64,000 nt of DNA from Spirochaetales bacterium. Lineage in GTDB: Bacteria > Spirochaetota > Spirochaetia > SZUA-6 > JAFGRV01. Within the stretch, counting starts at the first letter, position 1. Each line of letters opens with the position of its first letter. Below are positions 1 through 9,191 of this stretch, one piece after another. Under the pieces are notes generated by a model that had not been told where the DNA came from, made no database searches, and worked only from the letters and a program-made list of their open reading frames with translations. Location of the stretch: positions 2,699 through 66,698 of the forward strand of contig JAFGQK010000175.1 in assembly GCA_016935735.1 (NCBI GenBank), in the 5' to 3' direction. The translations under genes and the position numbers were made by a program.

Positions 1-170
1 CCGCCCCCGGAAACGGATACAACGGCAACAGGGAGAGAAGGGACATGGGGTAACAATCCTATCCATTCAAATACCGGGACAGGTGCATCAAATGCATGAA
101 CTGGATACAGGAGAATAATCAGACCGGTATCATTTATTATTTGTTGATATGAATCTTTCTGGTTATTCAT
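1..170 (-). CDS. Hypothetical protein, 5' part only (start codon at 168-170, gene runs off the window start)
   Basis: Reading the minus strand from an ATG at 168-170 gives 'MNNQKDSYQQIINDTGLIILLYPVHAFDAPVPVFEWIG...' with no stop to the window edge. I recognise no motif, and it is shorter than the ORF-track threshold. Confidence 0.2.
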   Translation of the reverse strand, partial: MNNQKDSYQQIINDTGLIILLYPVHAFDAPVPVFEWIGLLPHVPSLPVAVVSVSGG

Positions 171-660
171 GGAAGACATATCCAGTGAGTGTCTGGTAAC
201 GAAAAACTTTTTTTCCAAAAGCTGTTTTTCAAATTCTTCTGTTATTCTCTTTACCCCGCCGGTGCCTGAAAAATATACTATCCAGATTCCGGATTTATCT
301 ATGGTTATCTGTTGTTCCATTGTTTCTCCTTATCCCGGAAAAAGAAATTTCCAGTAATTCAACGGAATATAAACCTGGAAAAAAGAAAAGAAAAAAATAA
401 TCTTATTTGCAGTTACTGCAAATGTAATGATTATCCGGACAATAAATATTCAGCAAATCCTTATTTCCACAGATTAAACAGGTAAGCTCCCGGCAATCTT
501 CTTTCTGGGTTACATAACGCAGGGGCTTCCCACAAACAGAACACCTATTTTTCTTTCTATATGTTGATATCTTTTTCATTATTCTGCTAAAATATAGTAT
601 AATACATCAGTTAATCTGTTTCAAGAACAGTGGAATTGAATTATTTTCCCGGTTTCATGA

Positions 661-694
661 TTAAATAAAAATAGGGGAGGTTTTTTACCTCCCC
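661..694 (-). terminator. Rho-independent terminator (GGGGAGG / CCTCCCC stem, followed by a T-run on the minus strand)
   Basis: A 7-bp GC-rich stem with a 7-nt loop at 674-694. On the minus strand it is followed by TATTTTTATTTAA. It sits downstream of the small minus-strand ORF at 759-896. Confidence 0.4.
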
Positions 695-758
695 ATACTA
701 TTACCTGTAAAAATAATCCCTGGTTTTCTCAAATCTGCCGCTCTTAAGGCAGCATTTC

Positions 759-896
759 TTAAAAGCGTTTTCCCGAACCGCAAGGACAGGGATCATTACG
801 GCCAAGTTTTTCTAACAGATATTTATTGCCGTGAACTATTCTTGTTCCCTTTTTTACGTTTGTTTCCGAGGGAAATCCTTTCCTGCGTTTACTCAT
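759..896 (-). CDS. Small SEC-C-motif (SecA C-terminal-like zinc-binding) protein, 45 aa
   Basis: The minus-strand ORF reads '[45 protein letters not shown]'. Its C-terminal '[11 protein letters not shown]' matches the SEC-C / YchJ-type metal-binding motif. A terminator follows. It is not in the ORF track because it is under 60 aa. Confidence 0.4.
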   Translation of the reverse strand: MSKRRKGFPSETNVKKGTRIVHGNKYLLEKLGRNDPCPCGSGKRF

Positions 897-1244
897 GGAT
901 TCAAAATAAGAATCCTTCTTCAAACAAGTATTTTGATTTCACAATACACCTCCTGTAGAGATTTTAAAAAATTGCTGATTGTATTAAAAGCCGGGATATT
1001 TAGCGAATAGAAACCTGGAGAGTTTTTAATGTTTGTAATGAATAATGTAAGTCAATCATAAAAACCTCCTCATTTTAAATTGATATAAATAATTTATAAA
1101 AAATTTAATTCTATGTCAATGTTCTGCCGGCAAGATTGTGAACTCCGGTTATAAATTTAATAAAGTGGAGTACCTTATACATTACTATCGTGCCTCAACG
1201 AATGTTGAGTAGATTTCAACAGCAGAAATTTTGTTTTGTTTAGT

Positions 1245-1345
1245 CATGGAAGCGAATATTGCTGAAGAGCCCGTTGCGGTAATTCCGCACGGCGGGATCT
1301 GTACGGGGGATACTGGGTAACCAGTATCCCCACCGTGACCAAAAA
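1245..1345 (+). other. Candidate structured RNA element or leader-peptide ORF upstream of the radical-SAM gene
   Basis: A perfect 11-bp hairpin GGGGATACTGG-GTAA-CCAGTATCCCC lies at about 1302-1327, preceded by a second imperfect hairpin (CCGTTGCGG...CCGCACGG). These overlap a 24-codon ORF, 'MEANIAEEPVAVIPHGGICTGDTG'. No T-run follows, so it is not a terminator. Confidence 0.2.
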
Positions 1346-1626
1346 AAATTCTTAAAAAACAGACAGGATCGACAGGATTTATACAATCCTTACTCCTTCT
1401 CCTGTCCTGCTAATCCTGTCAAAAATACGTTGAATAATTACAAAAATGCAAAATAAATATCTTCCTGGATTCATGGGTTCCTTATAAATTACTTCTTTGC
1501 ACTCTACTCCTTTATTCACTATGGCAGCAGGAGATTGACAGACTACATTATTGATTCTATTCTTTATTTAGTAAGTGGTGATTGAAACCTTTACACACCT
1601 TATTAATTTTATGAACTTCGCTTCAT

Positions 1627-3156
1627 ATGTCGATAATTGAGGAGAATATGAAAAACATCGCAATAATCAATGGAATTGACCTTTCTCCCTATACAGGAAT
1701 GCCTTTAGTTGGGGAAAAAACGACTACCAGCCTGGTGCATCAATTCAGCTTAACCCTTCCGGATAGTAAGAAACAGGTATTACTGTCCAGTACCCAACTG
1801 AAAGAAACGGATTTTGAAGTATTTCGCCAGGATATATGGAATACCGAAGAATTGCTTGTAGCTATTGAAAGGCTTTCTGCCGGATACGATAATATCTATT
1901 ATTTTTATGCAGATTGCCCTTTCCTGGACACTGATCTTTCTAAAAAAATGTTTCATAACCATATAAAATATATGGCAGACTATACGTTTGCGGATGGATA
2001 TCCCTATGGTCTTTCGACAGAAATAATAAAAACAGATATTATCAAGCGTTTGTTAAAATTGAATAAGGAAAAAAAGAATCCGGTCCAGCGGCAGAGTATT
2101 TTTGATATATTAAAAAACGATATCAATTCATTTGATATCGAAACAGAACTCGCTCCCCGTGACCAGCGGCTTTTAAGGGTGCAGCTTTCTGCTGATACAA
2201 AGAGAAATTTTTCCCTGCTAAAACGTATTGCATCTATTCAATCCGGACAGGATATAAATTCACCATCGGTCTGTACCTTATTGGATAAACAACCGGAATT
2301 ATTGCGGACACTCCCTGCATTTTTTTCCATTCAAATCACCGGCGGTTGCCCCCAGAAATGTCTGTATTGTCCGTATCCTGAAACCGGAAAAAAGAACGGG
2401 TTTGAGATAACGGAAAATAAAAACGAAATGGAACCCGGTCAATTCCAGCTTATTGTTCATGCAATAAAGGATTTTTGCGAAGATGCCGTTATCAGCATAT
2501 CCGCCTGGGGGGAACCGGCACTGCATACCAGGATTTCCAATATTGCAGAAAAAGTTCTGGAAGATGAAAAGCTTTCCCTTATCATTGAAACATCGGGAAT
2601 TGGCTGGAATACTTCTATCCTGTCACAACTCACACAACATAAAAAGAACCCGGTAAAATGGATTTTAAGTCTTGATGCCTGGACAAATGATGTGTATGCT
2701 TCTTTGCGGGGGCAGGGATTTCAGGAAGCATATAAAACAGCGGAAACCCTTTTAAGTCTTGATAAGAATAATGTTTATATCCAGGCTGTACGAATGAAAG
2801 AGAATGAGGATGATCTCGAGCATTTCTACCTGAACTGGCAGAAAAAAACAGAAAATATCATTATCCAGAAATATGACAGCTTTTGTAATGTATTGCCGGA
2901 AAGAAAGGTAACGGATCTCTCCCCTTTACACCGGTTCCCGTGCTGGCATCTTAAAAGGGATATGACAATACTTATTGACGGATCTGTTCCCCTTTGTAAA
3001 GAAGATATCTCATCTTCGATAATCCTGGGGAATATTTTTCACGATTCTCTCCCGGATATATGGGAAAAAGGCCAGACATATTATCTGGATCATATAACCG
3101 GAAACTATCCTGGAATGTGCAGGAAGTGTGATGAATACTATACATTCAACTTCTAA
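1627..3156 (+). CDS. Radical SAM enzyme with a C-terminal SPASM/twitch-like auxiliary-cluster domain and a ~230-aa N-terminal extension
   Basis: The CxxxCxxC motif is 'GGCPQKCLYCPY'. The C-terminal stretch 'FPCWHLK...IDGSVPLCKED...ILGNIFHDSLPDIW...GMCRKCDEY' matches the SPASM/twitch pattern (C..DG.V.pC...GNI....L.eIW....C..C). Confidence 0.75.
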   Translation: MSIIEENMKNIAIINGIDLSPYTGMPLVGEKTTTSLVHQFSLTLPDSKKQVLLSSTQLKETDFEVFRQDIWNTEELLVAIERLSAGYDNIYYFYADCPFLDTDLSKKMFHNHIKYMADYTFADGYPYGLSTEIIKTDIIKRLLKLNKEKKNPVQRQSIFDILKNDINSFDIETELAPRDQRLLRVQLSADTKRNFSLLKRIASIQSGQDINSPSVCTLLDKQPELLRTLPAFFSIQITGGCPQKCLYCPYPETGKKNGFEITENKNEMEPGQFQLIVHAIKDFCEDAVISISAWGEPALHTRISNIAEKVLEDEKLSLIIETSGIGWNTSILSQLTQHKKNPVKWILSLDAWTNDVYASLRGQGFQEAYKTAETLLSLDKNNVYIQAVRMKENEDDLEHFYLNWQKKTENIIIQKYDSFCNVLPERKVTDLSPLHRFPCWHLKRDMTILIDGSVPLCKEDISSSIILGNIFHDSLPDIWEKGQTYYLDHITGNYPGMCRKCDEYYTFNF

Positions 3157-4090
3157 AACATATAAAGTCCCTTATACAATTGTGGGAGAAAAAAAGAATA
3201 ATACCTATCATGCTCCATATGTGACAATTCTCCTGCTTAACAGGGGTGGGAAGTTCTACCGGGAAGACCTTTTTAAAAATATAAGGAATTACACCTTTGC
3301 AGAAACTATTTATATCGAAGGACCTGATATTTCATATAATATCGAACCCCTGGTGAAAAAATTTCCCGGAATTAAATTCCTTCTGTTAAAAGACAATATA
3401 TCAGACGGAGAAAAGATAAATCTCGGAATAAAGGAATCCAGGTCAGTCTTTGTGTTTGTGATCTGGAGTGATATGTGGATTGCCGAGAAATCATTTACCG
3501 AAATTCTTATGAATACTATAGGGAAAAACTCATATCTATGTACCGTACCTGTTATCGAAAATAGTAAACATGAACCGATACCTTCAATCCAGGTTCCCGG
3601 ATATATGAAAGGAACTATCCAGGTCATGCCCTGGGATTCTTATAAAGATTTTTCTAAAAGTCTTTTTCCTCATGATTTCTGTGGTATCTATCACAAAGAA
3701 CTGTTTGAAAAACTTGGCGGATTCGATTCAGAAATGAATAATCCATACTGGCAGAAAATAGATTTTGGATTCCGTACTTTTTTATGGGGTGAAGAAATAC
3801 GGCTCTGTAAGGATCTTCACATACGGTATATGGGAATGACTCATGCAGAAAATATCACCCCGGATGAAAGTTATAAAAAGTTTTATATAAAAAATATTTA
3901 TGTGAAATATAAAAACGGGAATGGCTATATTCCCTGTTATAAACTCCTTCACTATCTTTTTCATTCAAATACCGGTCCTTTCAGTTCATGCAGGGAGTTT
4001 TTTTCAATAAAAAAATGGGTGAAAGAGAACAGCAGACGGTTTAAGAACAATGCACAGAATCTTATTTCACAATGGGAGGCACCGGAGTGA
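3128..4090 (+). CDS. Glycosyltransferase family 2-like protein
   Basis: The N-terminal region 'VTILLLNRGGKFYREDLFKNI...IEGPDISYNIEPLVKKFPGIKFLL...NLGIKESRSVFVFVIWSDMWI' resembles a GT-A fold with NxG and a degenerate DxD. It overlaps the upstream gene by about 29 nt. Confidence 0.45.
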   Translation: MMNTIHSTSKTYKVPYTIVGEKKNNTYHAPYVTILLLNRGGKFYREDLFKNIRNYTFAETIYIEGPDISYNIEPLVKKFPGIKFLLLKDNISDGEKINLGIKESRSVFVFVIWSDMWIAEKSFTEILMNTIGKNSYLCTVPVIENSKHEPIPSIQVPGYMKGTIQVMPWDSYKDFSKSLFPHDFCGIYHKELFEKLGGFDSEMNNPYWQKIDFGFRTFLWGEEIRLCKDLHIRYMGMTHAENITPDESYKKFYIKNIYVKYKNGNGYIPCYKLLHYLFHSNTGPFSSCREFFSIKKWVKENSRRFKNNAQNLISQWEAPE

Positions 4091-4776
4091 CCGGAATCTT
4101 TCTTCAGGTAAGACTTGCATCAAAAAGACTTTACAGAAAAGCTCTTCTTCCTTTAGTGAATGGAAATGTCATTCAGCATGCCATGAGGGCTTTAAAAGAA
4201 GTTCCTGTATCCATATATGCACTTCTTACGGATAAAGCAAGTGCCCCGGATTTAAGACAATATGCAGAAAAAGAAGGATTCGCTTTATTTGAAGGACCGG
4301 AAAATGATGTCCTTTTACGATATTGCCGGGCGGCAGAGTATTATCATGTTACAAGAGTTATAAGGGCAACCGGGGACAATCCGTTAGTCTCACCGGCACT
4401 TGCCCGTGAAATCATCGCAATCCATGAAAAAGAGAAACCGGATTTGAGTCATTTTGTTGATATGCCCCTTGGTACTGGAATAGAAGTAGTGGAAACAGAA
4501 GCTCTGGTTAAAGCGGAAAAGGAAACAAACGACCCGTATGAACGGGAGCATCTTACCACATATCTGTACAGAAACAGCAATAAGTTTAATGTACTCCATA
4601 TTCCCTGTCCGGCACATTACAGATTCGCTAATACACAGGTAAGTATCGATACCAGGGAGGATTATGAATGTATCCTGGAATTATATAAAGAATTATATGA
4701 TGGTAAACCGATTGAAACTGACCGGGTGGTGGATTGGATAAAGAGGAATGGAAAGAGAATTACGCAGTCACGGTGA
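4072..4776 (+). CDS. Cytidylyltransferase (SpsF / PseF / NeuA-like CMP-sugar synthetase family)
   Basis: 'LASKRLYRKALLPLVNGNVIQH' matches the 'ARxxSxRLPxKxLxxxxGxPmIxH' motif. 'IRATGDNPLVSPALAREII' is typical of acylneuraminate/KDO cytidylyltransferases. Confidence 0.65.
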   Translation: MGGTGVTGIFLQVRLASKRLYRKALLPLVNGNVIQHAMRALKEVPVSIYALLTDKASAPDLRQYAEKEGFALFEGPENDVLLRYCRAAEYYHVTRVIRATGDNPLVSPALAREIIAIHEKEKPDLSHFVDMPLGTGIEVVETEALVKAEKETNDPYEREHLTTYLYRNSNKFNVLHIPCPAHYRFANTQVSIDTREDYECILELYKELYDGKPIETDRVVDWIKRNGKRITQSR

Positions 4777-6514
4777 AAGAAAAATATTATTTGTTCCTGC
4801 GGTGAAACATAAGCAGGGGACAGGGCATTTAAAAAGAAGCCTTACTCTTCTCAAGAAGCTTGGAAACCGTGCATATCTTTATATCCCTGGAGAAACATCA
4901 ATTACCGATGAGGTGCAGAATATCCTTAACGGGGAAAAAAATATCATCCGCCGTCTGGATAAAAACGAAGAATGGGCAATGGTGATCCTGGATAAAATGG
5001 CGACAGGGAAAGAAGAGTTTGCGGAATATTGTTCATCCGGGACAGTGATAGGAGTGGACGAAGGCGGGGTGTGTCGGAAGTATTTTCCATATCTTGCAGA
5101 TACAGTCTTGAATCCATTACAAAAAATAAAACCCAATATTAGTTTAGCTTTTTGTTATAATAACAGGACAATAAAAAAAGATATGAATTCTTTTAAAAAT
5201 GTTCTCCTCTCCTTCGGAGGGGAGGATTCCCATCATCTTACCATCACATTAGTGCTCACTCTTCTTCAAAAGAATATCTTTTCACCAGGGGAATTGACAA
5301 TTGTAGAAGGACCATTGTTTAAGCAGTACCAGTGGCCGGAAGGAATAAAAGTAATTAAAAACCCGCCGGATATGGCAGCACTTATCCCGGCTTATGATCT
5401 TGTTTTTACTCATTTCGGTATGACCTGTTTTGAATCTATTACCAGCGGGGTACCGGTAATTCTTTTTAATCCCACATCATATCATCAGAAATTAAGTGAT
5501 TTCTACCACCTTCCCGGTATCGGAATGAGGAAACCCGGCGTAAATAGAATAAAACATCTTCTTTCCCATCCTGAAGTCTTAAAAAAAGCATTAAATACAT
5601 TTTTACCCGGGCAACAGTGCCTTACAATCTTTTCATTACTACAGTCGATGAATCCCCGGGGGAATTCGGACTGTCCTGTTTGCAGGAGAACCCAGAACAG
5701 GGTTATTCAACGCTTTGCATACAGAACCTATTTTATGTGCAAATCATGCCATATTGTTTATTCCCAGTCATTTAAAGACAGGCAGGTACTGTATGATAAA
5801 AATTATTTTTTTTATGAATATAAAAAACAGTACATGAAAACATACCTGGAAGATTTTGATTCCATAAAGCAGCTAGCCCGGCAAAGACTTGCTATTATAA
5901 AAAAAATAAAGGGAAAAAAGAAATTCCTTCTTGATATCGGTTGTGCTTACGGACCTTTTTTAGCCGCTGCCCGGGAACAGGGGTTTATTCCCGAAGGTAT
6001 GGATATTTCTACTGATGCATCTGCATATGTGAACAATACGCTGCATATACAATGCCAGTGTATTGATTTTTCCAGTATAACAGATAAAGAAACCGGGGAT
6101 AAAAAATATGATGTTATTACCATGTGGTATGTGCTTGAACATTTTATAAAAACGGATATAGTATTAAAAAGAATAAACAGATACATGAAGAGGGGAGGGG
6201 TATTTGCATTTTCAACTCCGAATATATGCGGTATTTCATATAAAAAAAATAGAAAAAAATATCTGGAAAATAATCCCGGTGACCACTATACTCTCTGGAA
6301 TCCGGCATCAGCAGCGAAAGTCCTGAAATCATACGGATTTAGCATTGTCAGAATTCGAATCACCGGTCATCATCCAGAACGTTTTCCCATCATGAATGGG
6401 AAAGGGGTTAAGAATAAGAAGGGACTGTTGTTTTCTTTCTTATTCTTGATAAGCAGGATATTTCACCTTGGAGATACCTTTGAGGTGTATGCACGAAAGG
6501 TCGCCCAATTATGA
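4748..6514 (+). CDS. Fusion protein: PseG-like (UDP-sugar hydrolase / GT28 C-terminal type) N-domain, zinc ribbon, and class I SAM-dependent methyltransferase
   Basis: The N-terminus 'KILFVPAVKHKQGTGHLKRSLTLLKKLG' matches the PseG/SpsG signature G-x-GH-x-x-R-[CS]-L-x-L. The middle carries a Cys pair, 'CPVCRR...CKSCH'. The C-terminus carries the methyltransferase motif I, 'LLDIGCAYGPF...DVITMWYVLEH'. Confidence 0.6.
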   Translation: MERELRSHGERKILFVPAVKHKQGTGHLKRSLTLLKKLGNRAYLYIPGETSITDEVQNILNGEKNIIRRLDKNEEWAMVILDKMATGKEEFAEYCSSGTVIGVDEGGVCRKYFPYLADTVLNPLQKIKPNISLAFCYNNRTIKKDMNSFKNVLLSFGGEDSHHLTITLVLTLLQKNIFSPGELTIVEGPLFKQYQWPEGIKVIKNPPDMAALIPAYDLVFTHFGMTCFESITSGVPVILFNPTSYHQKLSDFYHLPGIGMRKPGVNRIKHLLSHPEVLKKALNTFLPGQQCLTIFSLLQSMNPRGNSDCPVCRRTQNRVIQRFAYRTYFMCKSCHIVYSQSFKDRQVLYDKNYFFYEYKKQYMKTYLEDFDSIKQLARQRLAIIKKIKGKKKFLLDIGCAYGPFLAAAREQGFIPEGMDISTDASAYVNNTLHIQCQCIDFSSITDKETGDKKYDVITMWYVLEHFIKTDIVLKRINRYMKRGGVFAFSTPNICGISYKKNRKKYLENNPGDHYTLWNPASAAKVLKSYGFSIVRIRITGHHPERFPIMNGKGVKNKKGLLFSFLFLISRIFHLGDTFEVYARKVAQL

Positions 6515-8148
6515 ATTTGGATAAGATGAACAAAACAGTCATGATTCTTGGCGGGAGTACAATGCAAATTCCTTCTATAAAAATTGCAAAAAAAATGGGA
6601 TGGCGTGTTATTGTAGCAGATGGAAATCCTCAGGTAGAAGGACGTATATATGCGGATCATTTTGCCCATATTGATTTGAAAGATAAAACAGGCATGGAAA
6701 AAGCTGCCCGGCACTACCATGAGTTATTTGGATTGCAGGGGGTATTTACTGCCGGAACTGATTTCTCAACAACAGTTGCCTATATTGCAGAAAAACTCGA
6801 GCTCCCGGGTATTCCGTATGAAGTTGCCTGCAATGCCACAAATAAATCGCAAATGAGAAATCTTTTTAAAATACATGCAGTTCCCTGTCCGGATTTTGTA
6901 ACTCTATTTCCCGGGGACAGCCCGGAAAAAGTATTGAAAAACCTTTCTTTTCCTGTAGTTGTCAAACCTGTCGATAATATGGGCGCAAGGGGGGTAAGAA
7001 GGGTAGACTCGAGAAACGAATTATACGATGCGGTCCATGTTGCACAAAAGGCTTCGATGATAAATACGGTAATTGTAGAGGAATTTCTCCAGGGTCCTGA
7101 ATTGAGTCTTGATGCAATTATTTATAATGGACAAATTACCATCTGCGGAATAGCAGACCGTCATATATTCTTTCCCCCTTATTTTGTGGAAATGGGACAT
7201 ACAATGCCTACTGCTCTTCCTGATGATTGTATCAAGCAGGTAATAGATGTATTTTGTAAAGGTATTAAAGCCCTTGGTATTACCAATGGAGCTGCAAAAG
7301 GGGATATTATTGTTACAAAACAGGGACCGAAAGTAGGGGAGATTGCAGCAAGACTTTCCGGCGGATATATGTCCGGCTGGACTTTTCCCTATTCGTCCGG
7401 GATAGAAGTAACAGAGGCCGCATTACAAATTGCAGTGGGACAATCACCGGGAGATCTCACTTCCAGGGTTCATATGGTTTCAGCAGAAAGGGCATTTATC
7501 TCTATCCCGGGAATAATAAGAACAATCATCAATTTTGAAAATGTAAAAACCATGAGAAATATCCAGGCAACATTTATCCGGGTAAAAAAAGGAATGTCAG
7601 TGGTATTCCCAAGAAATAATGTTGAAAAGTGCGGAAATATCATCTCCAGGGCACAAACAAGAGAAGAAGCTGTATCTTCCAGCCTGGAAGCAATAAAACA
7701 GATTATCATAAGACTTGAACCGGATAACGAAGTAACCGATACCTTTCTTTTTAACAGGTCAAGAGAAGACTGGCTAAACAATATAACCGCTTTTCCAGCG
7801 AATGATCCGTTCATGAAAAAGACCCTTGACCAGTCTCCTTTTATAAGCGGGAATATGAATATTACTGATCCGGAAAAGATATCTATTGACCCTTCCCCCT
7901 TTTATGAAAGCCATGTAAAAGACTGGCACGGGACTTTAATAAAGGAAGCACTTGAATGTGTGTGTTCCCTTACTGGTTTATCATTTTACACAGGAAAGGA
8001 AAAAGACCACCTTGTACTGGGAAAGATTTTCTGGCAGCCTTTTTTAAAAGGGGGAAGCCAGGGAGGACTTTATATCCTGGATTCAGTTTTCAAAGCCTTA
8101 AAAGAGGGAACCGGAATAGTAAGAAGATTGGAAAGATGGATATCCTGA
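6511..8148 (+). CDS. ATP-grasp domain protein with a C-terminal ~240-aa extension
   Basis: 'MILGGSTMQIPSIKIAKKMGWRVIVADGNPQ' is the pre-ATP-grasp Rossmann fold. 'VVVKPVDNMGARGV', 'EEFLQGPELSLDAI' and 'EIAARLSGGY' are typical ATP-grasp motifs. The start overlaps the upstream stop (ATGA). Confidence 0.65.
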   Translation: MNLDKMNKTVMILGGSTMQIPSIKIAKKMGWRVIVADGNPQVEGRIYADHFAHIDLKDKTGMEKAARHYHELFGLQGVFTAGTDFSTTVAYIAEKLELPGIPYEVACNATNKSQMRNLFKIHAVPCPDFVTLFPGDSPEKVLKNLSFPVVVKPVDNMGARGVRRVDSRNELYDAVHVAQKASMINTVIVEEFLQGPELSLDAIIYNGQITICGIADRHIFFPPYFVEMGHTMPTALPDDCIKQVIDVFCKGIKALGITNGAAKGDIIVTKQGPKVGEIAARLSGGYMSGWTFPYSSGIEVTEAALQIAVGQSPGDLTSRVHMVSAERAFISIPGIIRTIINFENVKTMRNIQATFIRVKKGMSVVFPRNNVEKCGNIISRAQTREEAVSSSLEAIKQIIIRLEPDNEVTDTFLFNRSREDWLNNITAFPANDPFMKKTLDQSPFISGNMNITDPEKISIDPSPFYESHVKDWHGTLIKEALECVCSLTGLSFYTGKEKDHLVLGKIFWQPFLKGGSQGGLYILDSVFKALKEGTGIVRRLERWIS

Positions 8149-9167
8149 AAAATAGACTGCTTTTATTATTTATTTTCATTCTTATGCAATTCCCTCTCCA
8201 TACGGAAGATCTTATTTCTCTTATAGAAAAAGAAAAAGCAGAACTTCTCTGGGATTCCCTGACCGGGACCGGCATAATTATGAAAGCTGATTCGGAAATA
8301 GTGTTTAAGCTGGGAGTGCCATGGATCCTCTGTGACTATTCAATTAAGTATAATATAGATAATATAAAAAGAGACAGGGGAAAAATAATAGTGCCGGATA
8401 ATATGAGCCGGATAATACATGAACATTTTCTAAAGAAGGAAAAAGAAAAGGAAACCCCCAGGATTGCAGTCATTCTTATTGATCCCGGTCATGGCGGAAA
8501 AGATCCGGGTGCATATTATGTGCATAAATCAAAAGATCAGAAGATAATTCTGTATGAGAAAGATCTTACCCTTAAGGTTTCCCGTATTCTGTATGAACTA
8601 TTGAAAGAAACCTGCAAAGATAAAGATATTATTCTTACACGCTCTACAGATGAATATCTGAAGCTGGAAGAAAGAGTGGAAATCGCCAATTCCATTAAAA
8701 CAGGTTCCCATGAAGCAATTGTATATATTTCAATTCATTTTAATGCATCATTTAATAAAAAAGCAAAGGGTTTTGAGGTATGGTATTTGCCGCAGAATTA
8801 CCGGAGAACTCTTATTGATGATAATGAGGTACCGGAAGATGAAAAAGATATTATACCGATTCTGAATACCCTTTTAGAAGAAGAATATACGCTGGAAAGT
8901 ATTACCCTTGCCAGGGCGATAAGCCAGGGACTTCTTGCCCAGGTTGGAGAATTAACAGAGGAAAGGGGCTTAAAGGAAGAATCATGGTTTGTCGTAAGAA
9001 ATACAAGAATGCCTTCTGTGCTTCTTGAGCTTGGTTTTATTTCAAACAAGGATGAAGCTTTACTGCTTTCCAATGATTCCTACTTGAAAAAACTTGCGAA
9101 AGGCGTATATAATGGTATCTGTACTTTTATAAACCAATTTGAAAGTACAAAAGGTTTCACAAAATAA
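8136..9167 (+). CDS. N-acetylmuramoyl-L-alanine amidase (Amidase_3, AmiC-like), secreted
   Basis: I moved the start to the ATG at 8136 (signal peptide 'MDILKNRLLLLFIFILMQ'). The hallmarks 'ILIDPGHGGKDPGA' and 'ISIHFNA' are present. The longer track ORF (from 7956) overlaps the ATP-grasp gene by 190 nt. Confidence 0.75.
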   Translation: MDILKNRLLLLFIFILMQFPLHTEDLISLIEKEKAELLWDSLTGTGIIMKADSEIVFKLGVPWILCDYSIKYNIDNIKRDRGKIIVPDNMSRIIHEHFLKKEKEKETPRIAVILIDPGHGGKDPGAYYVHKSKDQKIILYEKDLTLKVSRILYELLKETCKDKDIILTRSTDEYLKLEERVEIANSIKTGSHEAIVYISIHFNASFNKKAKGFEVWYLPQNYRRTLIDDNEVPEDEKDIIPILNTLLEEEYTLESITLARAISQGLLAQVGELTEERGLKEESWFVVRNTRMPSVLLELGFISNKDEALLLSNDSYLKKLAKGVYNGICTFINQFESTKGFTK

Positions 9168-9191
9168 AGGAGTATAAGAATTCAGGTTGTT

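Noticed and set aside
169-357. 62-aa + strand ORF at the window start
   Set aside because: It has low-complexity, Cys/Ser-rich composition, no RBS and no homology cues. It overlaps the more plausible minus-strand partial ORF (1-170). It is likely a spurious AT-rich ORF.
1200-1350. Whether the hairpin-rich element is tmRNA, SRP RNA, RNase P RNA or 6S RNA
   Set aside because: It lacks the tRNA-like 3' end / ACCA and resume codon of tmRNA. It lacks the AGGAAGCAG domain-IV motif of 4.5S RNA. It is far too short for RNase P RNA. I keep it only as an unclassified structured element or leader peptide.
7956-8135. Long form of the amidase ORF starting at 7956
   Set aside because: The first 60 codons overlap the 3' end of the ATP-grasp gene in another frame and are Gly/Arg/Lys-rich. 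The internal Met at 8136 gives a clean signal peptide.
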